A stretch of DNA of 64,000 bases from Octopus vulgaris (taxonomy: Eukaryota). A program made the translations under genes and the position numbers. This document shows positions 28,925 through 40,683 of the stretch, piece by piece; position 1 is the stretch's first letter, and every line of letters begins with the position of its first letter. The notes under the pieces were generated by a model, which saw nothing but the letters and a program-made list of their open reading frames with translations, was not told where the DNA came from and searched no databases. The stretch is taken from positions 85,560,001 to 85,624,000 of the forward strand of contig OX597817.1 in NCBI GenBank assembly GCA_951406725.2. The letters run 5' to 3'.

Positions 28925-29873
28925 GAAGTCTTCTCTGAGTTTGTTTGTCCAGTCCTATTTAGAATTTGAGGGTCCCTATGTTGAATTTCTGCTTTTGTTT
29001 CATGAATATCGTGTGATAATAAAGTTTTACTTTACTTCCACAAAAGTGTGTTTTTTATTCTGCAGGTATTTCATTTACGCAATATATATTAGTTACTTTG
29101 GTTATTACTGTCTTTTACATGAGAAGGCTCTGTGTTTACATATATTGTTCAGACTCATTGCAAGCTATGGATGAAAGAAGATAAGGGTGGTACTTCAAAC
29201 TTTTTTTTTATGTTTTCTTATGATTAGTAGTGTTTCAAAAGAATGTTTTTATCTTCTATGTTGTCTGTTTATAAGTAAATTTATTGTTGTTGCTGAGTGA
29301 CTGGGTTTACCTTTCAAAGTATTTTGTTTCTAGTTTCATGTAGAACCATCAGTTTCACACATTTTTTCCATATTCAGTGTCTGCCTTTAGAATTTTTTTT
29401 ATGTTCAACTGCTTTTGGTTTTTAGAATTTATCTTTATATTGTTCTAGCTGGGAATGTTTTTAGATAGTGAAATGACATATTTATTAGAGCACAAGATAC
29501 AATGCTTCACAGTATTTGTTATGAACCACTGCACTCTGAGTTCAAATTCCACTGACATCAATTTTGCTTTCATTCTTTCTGAGTTGATAAAATAAAGTAC
29601 TATTCCAGGTAGTGGATTAATGGAATGGTTTCATTATTGAATGAGATGTGCTAGAGAATCTGTTACTGAGGATTAACATGGTTATAATGCTGGTAGATTA
29701 GTTAGAGATTAGTATGATGTGAGCAAGGACAGTTAATATTCCAAAGATATTGGAGTCAAGAAAGAGAAATCGTGTTCCTAACTTATGAGGTAACAATGTA
29801 ATATGGGTGACAAGATAAGAGAGAGTAACATGTTTTGACTGATGTTATTGCCAAAGTGCTCAGAGGCTGTTAC

Positions 29874-29920
<47 letters not shown>

Positions 29921-29921
<1 letters not shown>

Positions 29922-30038
29922 CACTTTCGATAAAGTAACCATCAGAGCATCACAACAAATCACAGCACATACCTGAGGCACACAGAGCTGCGCTTGGTAG
30001 TGAAGTGAAAGCACGCTATAAAAATAAAACTACTGAAT
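29921..30038 (+). mobile_element. R4/Dong-type 3' end fragment embedded in (AAT)n
   Basis: Matches the 3' UTR that follows the RLE C-terminal codons at 59105-59375 (-). Confidence 0.65.
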
Positions 30039-30050
30039 CATAATAATAAC

Positions 30051-30100
<50 letters not shown>

Positions 30101-30102
<2 letters not shown>

Positions 30103-30315
30103 GCCCTGATGCAGTACCAGGCGGTGGCTCTCATGGCTTCTGATCTTAACTGATTGGAAGTGTTATCATGTACATTGTTTTGTCTTGGTATAAAAGATGG
30201 GCTACAGCAAATATTCTGCTCAATACCACAGATTTGCTTGTCAGTTGTTTGACCTTAACCAGTTGAGCATGTTAACCAGTTGACCACTTTGATGGCATGC
30301 ACTGCTCTCTCACTC
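30101..30315 (+). mobile_element. (AAT)n-embedded non-coding element, internally deleted copy
   Basis: Same ends as 30588-31143 (atgccctgatgcagtacc...ctctctcactc). Confidence 0.85.
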
Positions 30316-30587
30316 AATAATAATAATAATAATAGTAGTACTTACTGTATCAACTCTGAAAGGGTGAAAAGCAAAGTCAGAATATAAAGATGAAGAAAAT
30401 ACTGCATGCTAACAATTCAGCCAGCTGACCATTTTAATAGTAATAATAATGATAATAATAATAATAATGATAATAATAATAATAATGATAATAATAATAA
30501 TAATAATAATAATTATTATTATTCTCAGCAGTATGCTTTTGATACTAGAGATAACACAAAAGTGTGCTCAAATAATAATAATAATAA

Positions 30588-31143
30588 ATGCCCTGATGCA
30601 GTACCAGGCAATGGCTCTCATGGCTTCTGATCTTAACTGATTGGAAGTGTTATCATGTACATTGTTTTGTCTTGGTATAAAAGATGGGCTACAGCAAATA
30701 TTCTGCTCAATACCATAGATTTGCTTGTCAGTTGTTTGACCTTAACCAGTAGAGCATGTCCCTTAGTGGCTGACGATATGAGCATCTCTGATCACGAGCA
30801 GAAGTAGTGGGGGAGCATCATAGCCATGTGTTGAGAGGGATTCTTTGGGGTTTGAATAATTCACCTCTGAAAACATGGGTGGTTCTTTCAACATCCTTAA
30901 ACAACCCTTATTCAGGGACCGCTTGAGCGGGATGGGCTACTCAACCTGAAGAAAATTCTAACTGGGCCCCACCTGCAAGGTCATGTGCTGTTTATCTTGA
31001 TATGAGATCACCATGTCGCGCACATATGGTTGTGATGCATGTGCCTGGTGTGCCCTTATCAGACGGGTAGTCATGATGGGTATATTGGGCTTCGTATATT
31101 TTACCCCAGTGTCACTTTGATGGCATGAACTGCTCTCTCACTC
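30588..31143 (+). mobile_element. (AAT)n-embedded non-coding element, full ~556-bp copy
   Basis: Four copies in the window (30101, 30588, 58375, 62740), with (AAT)n-type sequence at their ends; strand chosen so that the tail reads (AAT)n. Confidence 0.85.
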
Positions 31144-31190
<47 letters not shown>

Positions 31191-31499
31191 AGATGGTCAC
31201 TCTTGTCGATTTTGATGTATGAATGTTTGAAGGAGAGGATTTAAAAAACAAAAAGAAAAGGCAACTTTAAAAATAGATGAATAAAAAAAAAGCTGCATAT
31301 ATTTGCAATGGTTGCATGAATATAATTTGAATCCAGGTATGAATTTTGCTACGAAGTCAAAATGGGGACACTGATTATTTTGATTTTGCCTGTGATTGGG
31401 CAAATGTGTCTGCTGATTGCAGGATATAACTTCTTTTATTGTTCTGTTTCTGCAACTCAAATTGTTTTGATGCATCATGACACATTTTATGCCATGCAG

Positions 31500-32470
31500 A
31501 TTGATCTAGGCAATGACATTCCCACAATGTCAAATTAAGCTATAGAGACTTTAGTTATTGCTTCAACTTATGCCTACGGATGGGTTTTCCATTACTGTAA
31601 TATCTCTACTTGTTAACCACACAAAAGAAGTTTTGGAATGTGGTCATCTTTCATTTGAACATGTCCAACCCATCTATACTGAATTCCCAGCAGTATGCTT
31701 TTGATACTAGAGATAACACATTTTCCTATGATTTTAACATTTGGCATCTTATCTTGCCATTTATGTTGCAAAAATTTCACAGATAGTACATGTGAAAGGT
31801 TTCAAGTTTCTTTATATGTCTATAGTAGGGAGTTCATTCTTCTGCCCCATACAAAAGTGTGCTCAAAATACAAGATTTGTATACATTTATTTTAGTTTTC
31901 AGATTGACATCATGTTCATCTTACAAACGATGGGAATGTTTTCCAAAAGCACTAGTAGCCTTAGATATTCTAACATTGGTTTTGTCATAAAGAGTACTCT
32001 TAAATTTTTCCTATACTTCCAAGATATTTAAATGATCTGATGCATTTGAGTGGCTTGTTGTCAATGATCACATTTGAATTTTGAGTGTGTTCTGCCCAAA
32101 GCCTTGGTTGAAATAAAACTTCAGTCTTCTTAATGATGATAGTCAGTCTAAATGCATGAGTAAATCTGTCAACTGCTTCCTGAATTCCCTCAAATGTATG
32201 AGAGATCAAACAGAAAATCACCTAGAATCACTTCCTTGGTTTTTTTGTTTTTTTTCTTTGATCTGAAACTTGCCCTTTTAGATTTAGTAGACCTCCTTCT
32301 GTGTAAAACTGGAATTTTACACCTTCATGGTAATCTCTAAAATTATGTTGGAGCATTATTGAAAAGAATTTAGAAAAAATTACAGGAGCTAAAGCACAAC
32401 CCTGTTTGGTTCCAGTGGCAACAGAAAATGCCTCTGAACATTGACTGCTAGATATCACTGTTTCCATCAT
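31500..32470 (-). mobile_element. RTE (BovB-like) LINE RT, 3' half, decayed
   Basis: ATGTKQGCALAP, KKTEVLFQP, FKYLGS, RISKATSAFG, KTKINVYKSCILSTLLYG, RWVGHV..KDDHIPKLLL on the minus strand. Confidence 0.85.
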
Positions 32471-33421
32471 CCCTTTTTTGTAAAGATACTACTACTCTTA
32501 TCATTTTACCATGATAGTGCATGATGCTTTAATTGAACTCACAACGTTATGATCATCATTCAAACACCATAACCACCAGGCCATGCACCTTACCTCTACA
32601 GTTAATACTATCCAAATAAATACTTAAGTTCTCTATGTTCATAATATCAAAACTGTATGATGTTTTTTAGTCATAAATATAACTTTGAGACTTTTCAGTT
32701 ATATAAACATTATTAGCATAGAACATTACAGCTATTTCTTTATGTAGAACAATATATGAAAGGAAAGAATGTTCTTGTATAACAAGATTACTTATTATGA
32801 TCCAATATTGATAATCCTTGATAATATAGATCAATGATTGTAGATTATGACGTCATTTATATATTTTATTTTATTTCAGTCATCTAAAAGTAGATAGAGA
32901 TTAATTATAATAGTAAACTTTATACTTATGTATGTTTTATTGTTTATTTTTGCTGCCATATTTTCAAGGTGTTAAAATAGTATTGCTTAACTTAATTATG
33001 ATGGCTTCAAAGGGATTATAAATGGCTAATACATTATATTTATTATCATCACTGGAAATGCTTAAACTCTTCTGAGAAACAATCTTCTTGGAAAATTAAT
33101 ATGATGCGATATAAAATATAAAAATAAGAAGAATGAAAGAATCATTCATATATTTCTAAATTACATAGAATATTGTTACATTTTCATAGATACATTTTTA
33201 TCACATGAACTATTGTAACATTTAAATAGATATTTTTTACTACTTAAAATGTTGTAACATAAGATATTGTAACATCTTTTACTTGTTTCAGTCCTAAGAC
33301 TGCAGCCATTTTAGGGTACCACCTTGGAATGTTTAGTTGAACAAATCAACCTCAGTACATATTTTAAAGTCCAATACTTATTCTATTGATCTCTTTTATC
33401 AAACCACAAATTCACGGGGAT

Positions 33422-33589
33422 CACTAGCAAAGCCAGAGTGTGTGCCACCAAGGGTAGCCCTTCAGTTTACTGCCCCCAAGTTCCCACAGAAAATACATAT
33501 TACCTACAGCAGACCCAAAAGTGGTGCTACCCCATAAAAGTGCCGCCCAGGGTGGACCGGCCACTCTGCTCTCTCTAGCTATGCTAGTG
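33422..33589. mobile_element. hAT-type MITE (168 bp) with perfect 8-bp TSD, nested in a SINE
   Basis: TIRs cactagcaaagccaga / tctagctatgctagtg; TSD acggggat at 33414-33421 and 33590-33597. Confidence 0.85.
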
Positions 33590-33664
33590 ACGGGGATGTA
33601 AACAAACCAGCACTAGTTGTGAAGTAGGTGACAATCACAAAACAAACACACACACACACATGTA

Positions 33665-34055
33665 CAAGCATAGTTGTGTGGTATGAAGTCTACTTCCCAA
33701 TCATATGGTTTTGGGTTCATTACTGCTGTATTTCACTAAGGGCACAAGTGTCTTCTACTATAGCCTCAGGCCTACCAAAGCCTTGTGAAAGAGGCCTGTT
33801 ATGTGTGTGTGTGTGTGTGTATGTGTGTGTGTGTGTCTCCATGTTTGTGTTTGTTTCCGTGTTTGAGTTTGTCCCCTACCACTGCTTGACAACCAGCATT
33901 GGTTTGTGTACGACCCTGTAACTTTGTGGTTTAGCAAAAGAAATTGATAGAATAAGTACCAGACTTTAAAAAATGCATTGGTGCCAATTTCTTCAACAAA
34001 ACCCTTCAAGGTGATGCCCCAGCATGAGCGCAATCTAATGACTAAAACAAGTTAA
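33665..34055 (+). mobile_element. SINE family B copy
   Basis: caagtgtcttctactatagcc core and gactaaaacaag tail. Confidence 0.7.
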
Positions 34056-34068
34056 ATATATATATATA

Positions 34069-34580
34069 CTAGATTGAGGAAAAGGTTTGTGCACTGTGTT
34101 AAAATATTGCAAGAATTTATTCAAAAACAACAACAACTATTCTTCATTCTTCAAAATAATGACCATCATTTTCCGTGACCTTCTGCCAACAATCTGCAAG
34201 CCTTTAGATTTGGTCAAAGGAACAATCCTTTGGCTTTGAATACAAAAATTCTTGACAGGCTTCTTCAACTTCATCAAATGACTCAAATCGACAACCTTTC
34301 ATAAAGTGCTGCATTGATTGGAAGAGACCATAGTCAAATGGAGAAATGTCTGGATTATAAGACTGGATGCAGCAGAACTTCCACACTGTCCAATTCTTCA
34401 ATCTTGTTGCTGGTTTTTCTGGCAGTATGCAGCTTTGCATTGTCTTGTTGAAACAAAGCATATTTTTGATGAACACAGTGAGTCACCATTGAACATGACA
34501 TGAACTGAATGAACACACCCACCCCAAATATATATAAAAAAAGCATTATTTTAACATGATGCACAAACTTTTTCCTCAAC

Positions 34581-34584
<4 letters not shown>
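34069..34584 (-). mobile_element. Internally deleted mariner element
   Basis: TIRs ta|ctagattgaggaaaaggtttgtgca and tgcacaaactttttcctcaacctaa|ta; transposase C-terminal motifs QQDNAKLH and YNPDISPFDYGLF. Confidence 0.9.
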
Positions 34585-34619
<35 letters not shown>

Positions 34620-34809
34620 CATTATATAAAAGGGCTTAGTAAAATAAATTACTTTGCCGCATACTGAACTCATTAGAAATAGCAGCTAAAAAACTTTTTT
34701 AAAACTATTTCTAATACTTAAAGAAAACCTCTCTCATATAGTGTTTGCTCAACTCAACTCACGAAAGTTTGGGGGTAAAGACATCAAAAAATCAAATGCA
34801 AAGGTTATT

Positions 34810-34861
34810 TGAGAACGTACGTTTCAAGATTAGTCAACACGACACTTCTATCATCAGCTCA
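34810..34861 (-). ncRNA. Minimal type I hammerhead ribozyme motif (inverted copy)
   Basis: Exact reverse complement of the motif at 35253-35304. Confidence 0.65.
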
Positions 34862-35252
34862 GAAACTCCTTGGTTTGGATTTGAAAACACTGAAAGTGAG
34901 AGCATACCCTTTCGGCTTCTCATCGCTTTCGAAGATCTGCTCGTAACTAACAGTGCCAACAAACTCAAATATGCAAGCGAAGAATTTCTGTTCTCCCCTT
35001 TCCACCAGCGTGGGTTAAAATCAGCAAACACTATGCTTATTTCGGTAAAATCCGAAGCATTAATTAGAGGGAGATTAATTATAATTTCAACAATTTTAAC
35101 CCACGCTGGTGGAAAGGGGAGAACAGAAATTCTTCGCTTGCATATTTGAGTTTGTTGGCACTGTTAGTTACGAGCAGATCTTCGAAAGCGATGAGAAGCC
35201 GAAAGGGTATGCTCTCACTTTCAGTGTTTTCAAATCCAAACCAAGGAGTTTC

Positions 35253-35304
35253 TGAGCTGATGATAGAAGTGTCGTGTTGACTAATCTTGAAACGTACGTT
35301 CTCA
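35253..35304 (+). ncRNA. Minimal type I hammerhead ribozyme motif
   Basis: TGAG-CTGATGA-[t aga agt gtc gtgtt gac taa tct t]-GAAAC-GTAC-GTT^CTCA: stem I TGAG/CTCA, intact core boxes, very short stem III with a palindromic GTAC loop. Confidence 0.65.
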
Positions 35305-35811
35305 AATAACCTTTGCATTTGATTTTTTGATGTCTTTACCCCCAAACTTTCGTGAGTTGAGTTGAGCAAACACTATATGAGAGAGGTTTTCTTTAAGTAT
35401 TAGAAATAGTTTTAAAAAGTTTTTTAGCTGCTATTTCTAATGAGTTCAGTATGCGGCAAAGTAATTTATTTTACTAAGCCCTTTTATATAATGTAATAAT
35501 TTGAATTCGCCTTAAATGGTCCCTTTGCATACTGAACACTTGGTGAAATTGATTAATAATTAACTAATTTTACCCTCAATTGTTGAAATTATAATTAATC
35601 TCCCTCTAATTAATGCTTCGGATTTTACCGAAATAAGCATAGTGTTTGCTGATTTTAACCCACGCTGGTGGAAAGGGGAGAACAGAAATTCTTCGCTTGC
35701 ATATTTGAGTTTGTTGGCACTGTTAGTTACGAGCAGATCTTCGAAAGCGATGAGAAGCCGAAAGGGTATGCTCTCACTTTCAGTGTTTTCAAATCCAAAC
35801 CAAGGAGTTTC

Positions 35812-35863
35812 TGAGCTGATGATAGAAGTGTCGTGTTGACTAATCTTGAAACGTACGTTCTCA
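35812..35863 (+). ncRNA. Minimal type I hammerhead ribozyme motif (second tandem copy)
   Basis: Identical motif 559 nt downstream of the first. Confidence 0.65.
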
Positions 35864-37560
35864 AATAACCTTTGCATTTGATTTTTTGATGTCTTTACCC
35901 CCAAACTTTCATGAGTTGAGTTGAGCAAACACTATATGAGAGAGGTTTTCTTTAAGTATTAGAAATAGTTTTAAAAAAGTTTTTTAGCTGCTATTTCTAA
36001 TGAGTTCAGTATGCGGCAAAGTAATTTATTTTACTAAGCCCTTTTATATAATGTAATAATTTGAATTCGCCTTAAATGGTCCCTTTGCATACTGAACACT
36101 TGGTGAAATTGATTAATAATTAACTAATTTTACCCTCAATTGTTGAAATATATATATATATATATAAACATATACACTAAGCTTCAGCGTTGTTTCTGTC
36201 AACCAAATTCACTCACAAGACATTGGTTGGCTCAGAGTTATAGTAGACTACACTTGCCCAAGGTTTTGTGCAGTGGGACTGAAACCAAAACCAAATGATT
36301 GCAAAGCAAGCTTCTTGACTACATGGTTATACCTGCAGCTGGACATATATAGGCATATAACTCTTTAGCCAGTTTCAGCTTGAAATCTGCAGTCATGCTG
36401 GGGCACCAATACACAAATTCTTATTACATAAAAAATTGTTAGTTACATACATATTTTTATCCCATAAAATATTATAATATTTTTTATTACATAAAATATT
36501 ATAACATTTATACAGACATATTTTTATAACATAAACTATTATAACAGTTACATATTTCAATTTTAACATTTTCAGCTCCACAATTTGATTTCTAAAAATT
36601 GTAAATAATTCATAATAAAAGTAATAATTGTTTCTAACATATGTACAAGACAACATGTTTCTGAAGAGTACTTAATAGATACTTTATTTTATTGATACCA
36701 GAAGGATGAAAAGCAAAACTGATCTTGGTAAAATTTGAACACAGAACCTAAAGAGTTGGAAGAAATATAGTAAAACATTTTCCAACATTCTAATGATTCT
36801 GCCAATCCACTACCCTGAAATAAAACTAGTAAGAATAGTAATCATTCTAAATCCCTTTAATATCAATATTTTCATGCTAGAATGAATTGGACACATCTAT
36901 CAAACAGCCATCCAAATTTATCATTACCTTAATACTTCACTAATTCTTCAGTGTCTAAGATAAAATCAGACATATCCTGATTTAACTTTGTCCATTGCCT
37001 CTCTAACCTTATGTTAGCTACTATCAATTACACTGTTCAATCTTGTTCCTAGTCTATTTTATCACAATTAATTTCTGACATACACTAACCATCTTACTGC
37101 ACCTTGAGTCTCTTGCTAATCCTAGATTTTGTGATGCATAATAACAGATCCCACAAGATCTTCATTAATCTCATAAATACACTATGATGTACTTAAAAGA
37201 AAATATTCTATATCTTTGTGTTGGGTCAGCATTAAAGGTTTATTAGTGAGTGAGGATAAGTGAGCAGGAAGTAACTGATCTCCTTCCAGACTCCCAGTCT
37301 AGTGTGAGAATGTAAATGCTTGAAACAGGATAAAATTGCTCATCAAAGGAACTGAACTTGCATTATAGACTTGGCTTGATGCAAGCCCTATGACCACTGT
37401 AAGATACACATGCTTTCACATATTTGAACTGTGGTATGTATGCCTATATACACTGTGATGTATATACATAAATTCACTGTGATATGTGTGTGTGATTCCT
37501 ATGATGTATACACAAATATACACTGTGATGTATACACATATACACATTGTGATATATATA

Positions 37561-37887
37561 TCTATTATATAAAATCCATTCTGTCTGTCTGTGTGTGTGT
37601 CTTCTAGGATCTCAGGCATCCTCCATCCGATTGCGCTCAAATTTGATATGTAGATACCGACAGTATCAGGGCGTGTATAAGTCTTGAAAAATTACAAAAA
37701 TTAGAAAATTTAGAAAAAAAGTATCTTTATTTCTTCTTTTGCTGGTGTCTCAAATTTAGGTTAAATCAGTGTTTCTCAAAGGGGAGGCCTATAGAACAGT
37801 CGGACAAGTTGTTTTGAGAAAATTTGGTTTAAATGTTTGACAACTCAGCACCGTCCATTGGACAGCGGGTGTGGGGCGTTTTGCTCG
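37561..37887 (+). mobile_element. Non-autonomous Helitron-like element
   Basis: a|TCtattatataaaa start, internal (ctgt)n, GC-rich subterminal hairpin (gtccattggac), end CTCG|t; sits at an A|T site with no TSD. Confidence 0.55.
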
Positions 37888-37901
37888 TGTATGTATGTAT
37901 G

Positions 37902-37958
<57 letters not shown>

Positions 37959-39743
37959 CTATCCCTTACATTATAGAATAGTTGCAATCCCGAAAGATTT
38001 GCTGTAATATAGAATTCTGTTATACAAAACCTATTTTTCTATTGACTTCCATCTTATAAACTGAGATGCATACTTACAGAATTTTTTCAGGAAACATAAA
38101 AACTAATTCAACCACTTTTATGCATTAAATTAACCATCTTAAAACACATTCAGCACAGTATATAGAGAACATAAAGAAATAGATAAGATTAAACTTTTAG
38201 CTTTTAGTTAACTTACTATTTTACTTATTAACACATTATGTCCAGTCTGTTGATCCACCAGCCCAGAAGTCATCCCATATTAAGCATCAAATATGATACA
38301 TTAAAAAACAATTTCAGGGTAACTGAGCAAGAATATCCAAATAGAAATGAACAAGGAGACACAAACACACACATGCGTGCACACACAGATATACATATGT
38401 GATGGACTTCTTTCAATTTCCATCTTCCAGGTTCACTCACTGGCTTTGATTAGCCTGAAGTTTTAATAGAAGATGCTTGCCCAAGGTGCCATGCAGTTGG
38501 ACTGAATCCAAAACTATGTGGTTGGGAAGAGAACTTCTGAACCTCATATCTATGCCTGCATCTTATATAACATGAAATTGAAATAGTAAAGATCTTCACT
38601 AATAATATAAGGAGCAATTAATCCATTACTTCAGCCAATTTATCCAATAATTTATCATAAGTATAATAATATCTATATTATTATACTACCTATAATATCT
38701 TTAATAACTATTGTAAGTTATTGTTAGATTTTATTGTTGTTGTTTTTCATTGTTAGCTATTCAATATTAGTACATCAATTATTATATATTAAGTACTGTT
38801 TTATTATTTTTATTGTATTCTATGATACTTACTGTTTCAGAGAGCAACATGTTTTGCCCATACATTGTTAAGTTGTAACAGAACAAAAGAGTAAGATGGC
38901 TAGGTGGGACCCAATGTAGTTGATATTTTGCTTGAATTGTTAAATTTAAGTTATTAGAAGTGATGAATGAGCAGAAAAGAATTTTTTGAAAAAGTGAAAA
39001 TGTGTATGGAAGCTTGTGTGTGGAGCCTTTGGTGAAAGACTGAGCGGGTAGAGGTGAGAGATAATGTTGAAGAACAGTAAAATGTTTAGAGTGAAGATGG
39101 GATAGGGTTAGCAAGTCTGGAGAGTTCTGTCCTTATTTAGAATTGTGTTAAATATTTAGCTCGTATTTTCTGTTCATTTATATTCTGCTTCCTTTCCTAT
39201 TCTGTCACATCCTATTATTTCATGTACAAATATATTGTAGTTTCTTTTAATGGTAAAGTTACTAGCATGTGCCAGGCTTCATTCAGAAAACATTTTCTCT
39301 TTCAATTTTTGAAAAGTTATCAATATTGAAGACTGAAATGCAACAATAATAATATAAAAAAAAACATGAACGTGCTTAAAAATATATGTATGTGAGATTA
39401 ATCTTGTCAGAATTGGTTGATGTTTTTGGTTTGGTAGCAGAAAATTACATTAACCTTGATAAATGGCAAAATGAAAGATGCATTGTCATTTCTGTAGAAC
39501 ATATATAAAGCCAGGAATGAGATTTGGAGGAAACTCTTCACTCCAAGATATGCTGACTTCATTGATACAAACTAACATCTAACTTTAGACTCTCACACAT
39601 GTACACACAAGCAAATTCTCTCTCTTCCCCTCTCTCCCATGTCTCTCCCTCTCTGACTCATATATATATATATTAATAGTAATAGTATGACAACAAAAGA
39701 ATGACTGAGTCCTCAATATTATGTAAATAGAGGAATTTATCTG

Positions 39744-39955
39744 TAATATAATATGTGACAATTATTCAGCTGACATAATAAAACTCTGAGTTTCGGATGT
39801 CAGGGCAGAAATCTGCTCCAGCATCTCATCAGTTATTAAGACAAGCAAAAATGCTATTCTTGTTTGTCTTAATAACTAAGATGCTGGAGCAGATTTTCCA
39901 CCCCAACATCCGAAACTTGGAGTTTTATTATGGTAACCAAATAATTGTCACATAT

Positions 39956-39962
<7 letters not shown>
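39744..39962. mobile_element. Palindrome of two Penelope-type HHR-bearing arms
   Basis: Arms of about 108 bp around a 3-nt spacer (39853-39855). Confidence 0.8.
39776..39838 (-). ncRNA. Type I hammerhead ribozyme motif
   Basis: Minus strand: TAATAA-CTGATGA-GATG...CATC-C-GAAAC-TCAGA-GTT^TTATTA; stem I 6 bp, stem II GATG/CATC with inner gcagatttctgc hairpin. Confidence 0.6.
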
Positions 39963-39996
<34 letters not shown>

Positions 39997-40489
39997 ATCA
40001 TCTGTATCATCATCCTTTTCTTTTCCCTTTTTCTATGTTAGCATGTTTTGATGATCATCTACACCACATCATCTCACTATTTGTTCTGGTCCTTTGTCAC
40101 CTTCATGCATTCAATGAGCTCTCATCACTTATTCTCATGTCTTCCTTGGTCTTCTGCTTCACCAGATTCCTTCTACTTAGATTGCTTGGCATATCTTTAC
40201 CTAACTGTCATCCTCCATATTCATTACATATCCATACCAACAGAATTGCTTCTCTTGTACACTGCTACTGGTTCCTCTTAGACTTAGTTTACTTTTCAGC
40301 TCATTTATGCACTGTCAGTCATGCACATTAACATTGCACATTTAGCAGAGCATGCTTGCATCATTTCTTTCCAGCCTTTTCACATCCTATATATTCACTG
40401 TACATTTTTCACTACCACACTGCTGATAACAGGGGGTTATATAATATACAATCTACCTTAACTTAGAAAGAATACTTGTATGTAAAAGG

Positions 40490-40683
<194 letters not shown>

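Larger units (their letters stand above)
34615..36149. mobile_element. Young retrozyme-like/Penelope-dependent element: 559-nt unit, about 1.9 direct copies plus one inverted partial copy
   Basis: 35093-36149 is a tandem with period 559; 34615-35095 is its reverse complement; copies differ at only a couple of positions; (TA)n on both sides; one HHR motif per copy. Confidence 0.8.

Noticed and set aside
27350-29450. T/G-skewed tract, possibly an old Penelope-like fossil on the minus strand
   Set aside because: Too decayed to recover diagnostic motifs.
30770-30815. CTGACGA...GAAG in the AAT-embedded element as a hammerhead
   Set aside because: GAAA box absent and stems I and III do not pair; cctgatgcag at its 5' end also lacks the core.
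34745-35928. Repeated ORFs MLNSTHESLGVK... (34745 +, 35079 -, 35560 -)
   Set aside because: They start at TTG, lie antisense to the HHR strand, show no recognisable domain, and recur only because the unit is duplicated.
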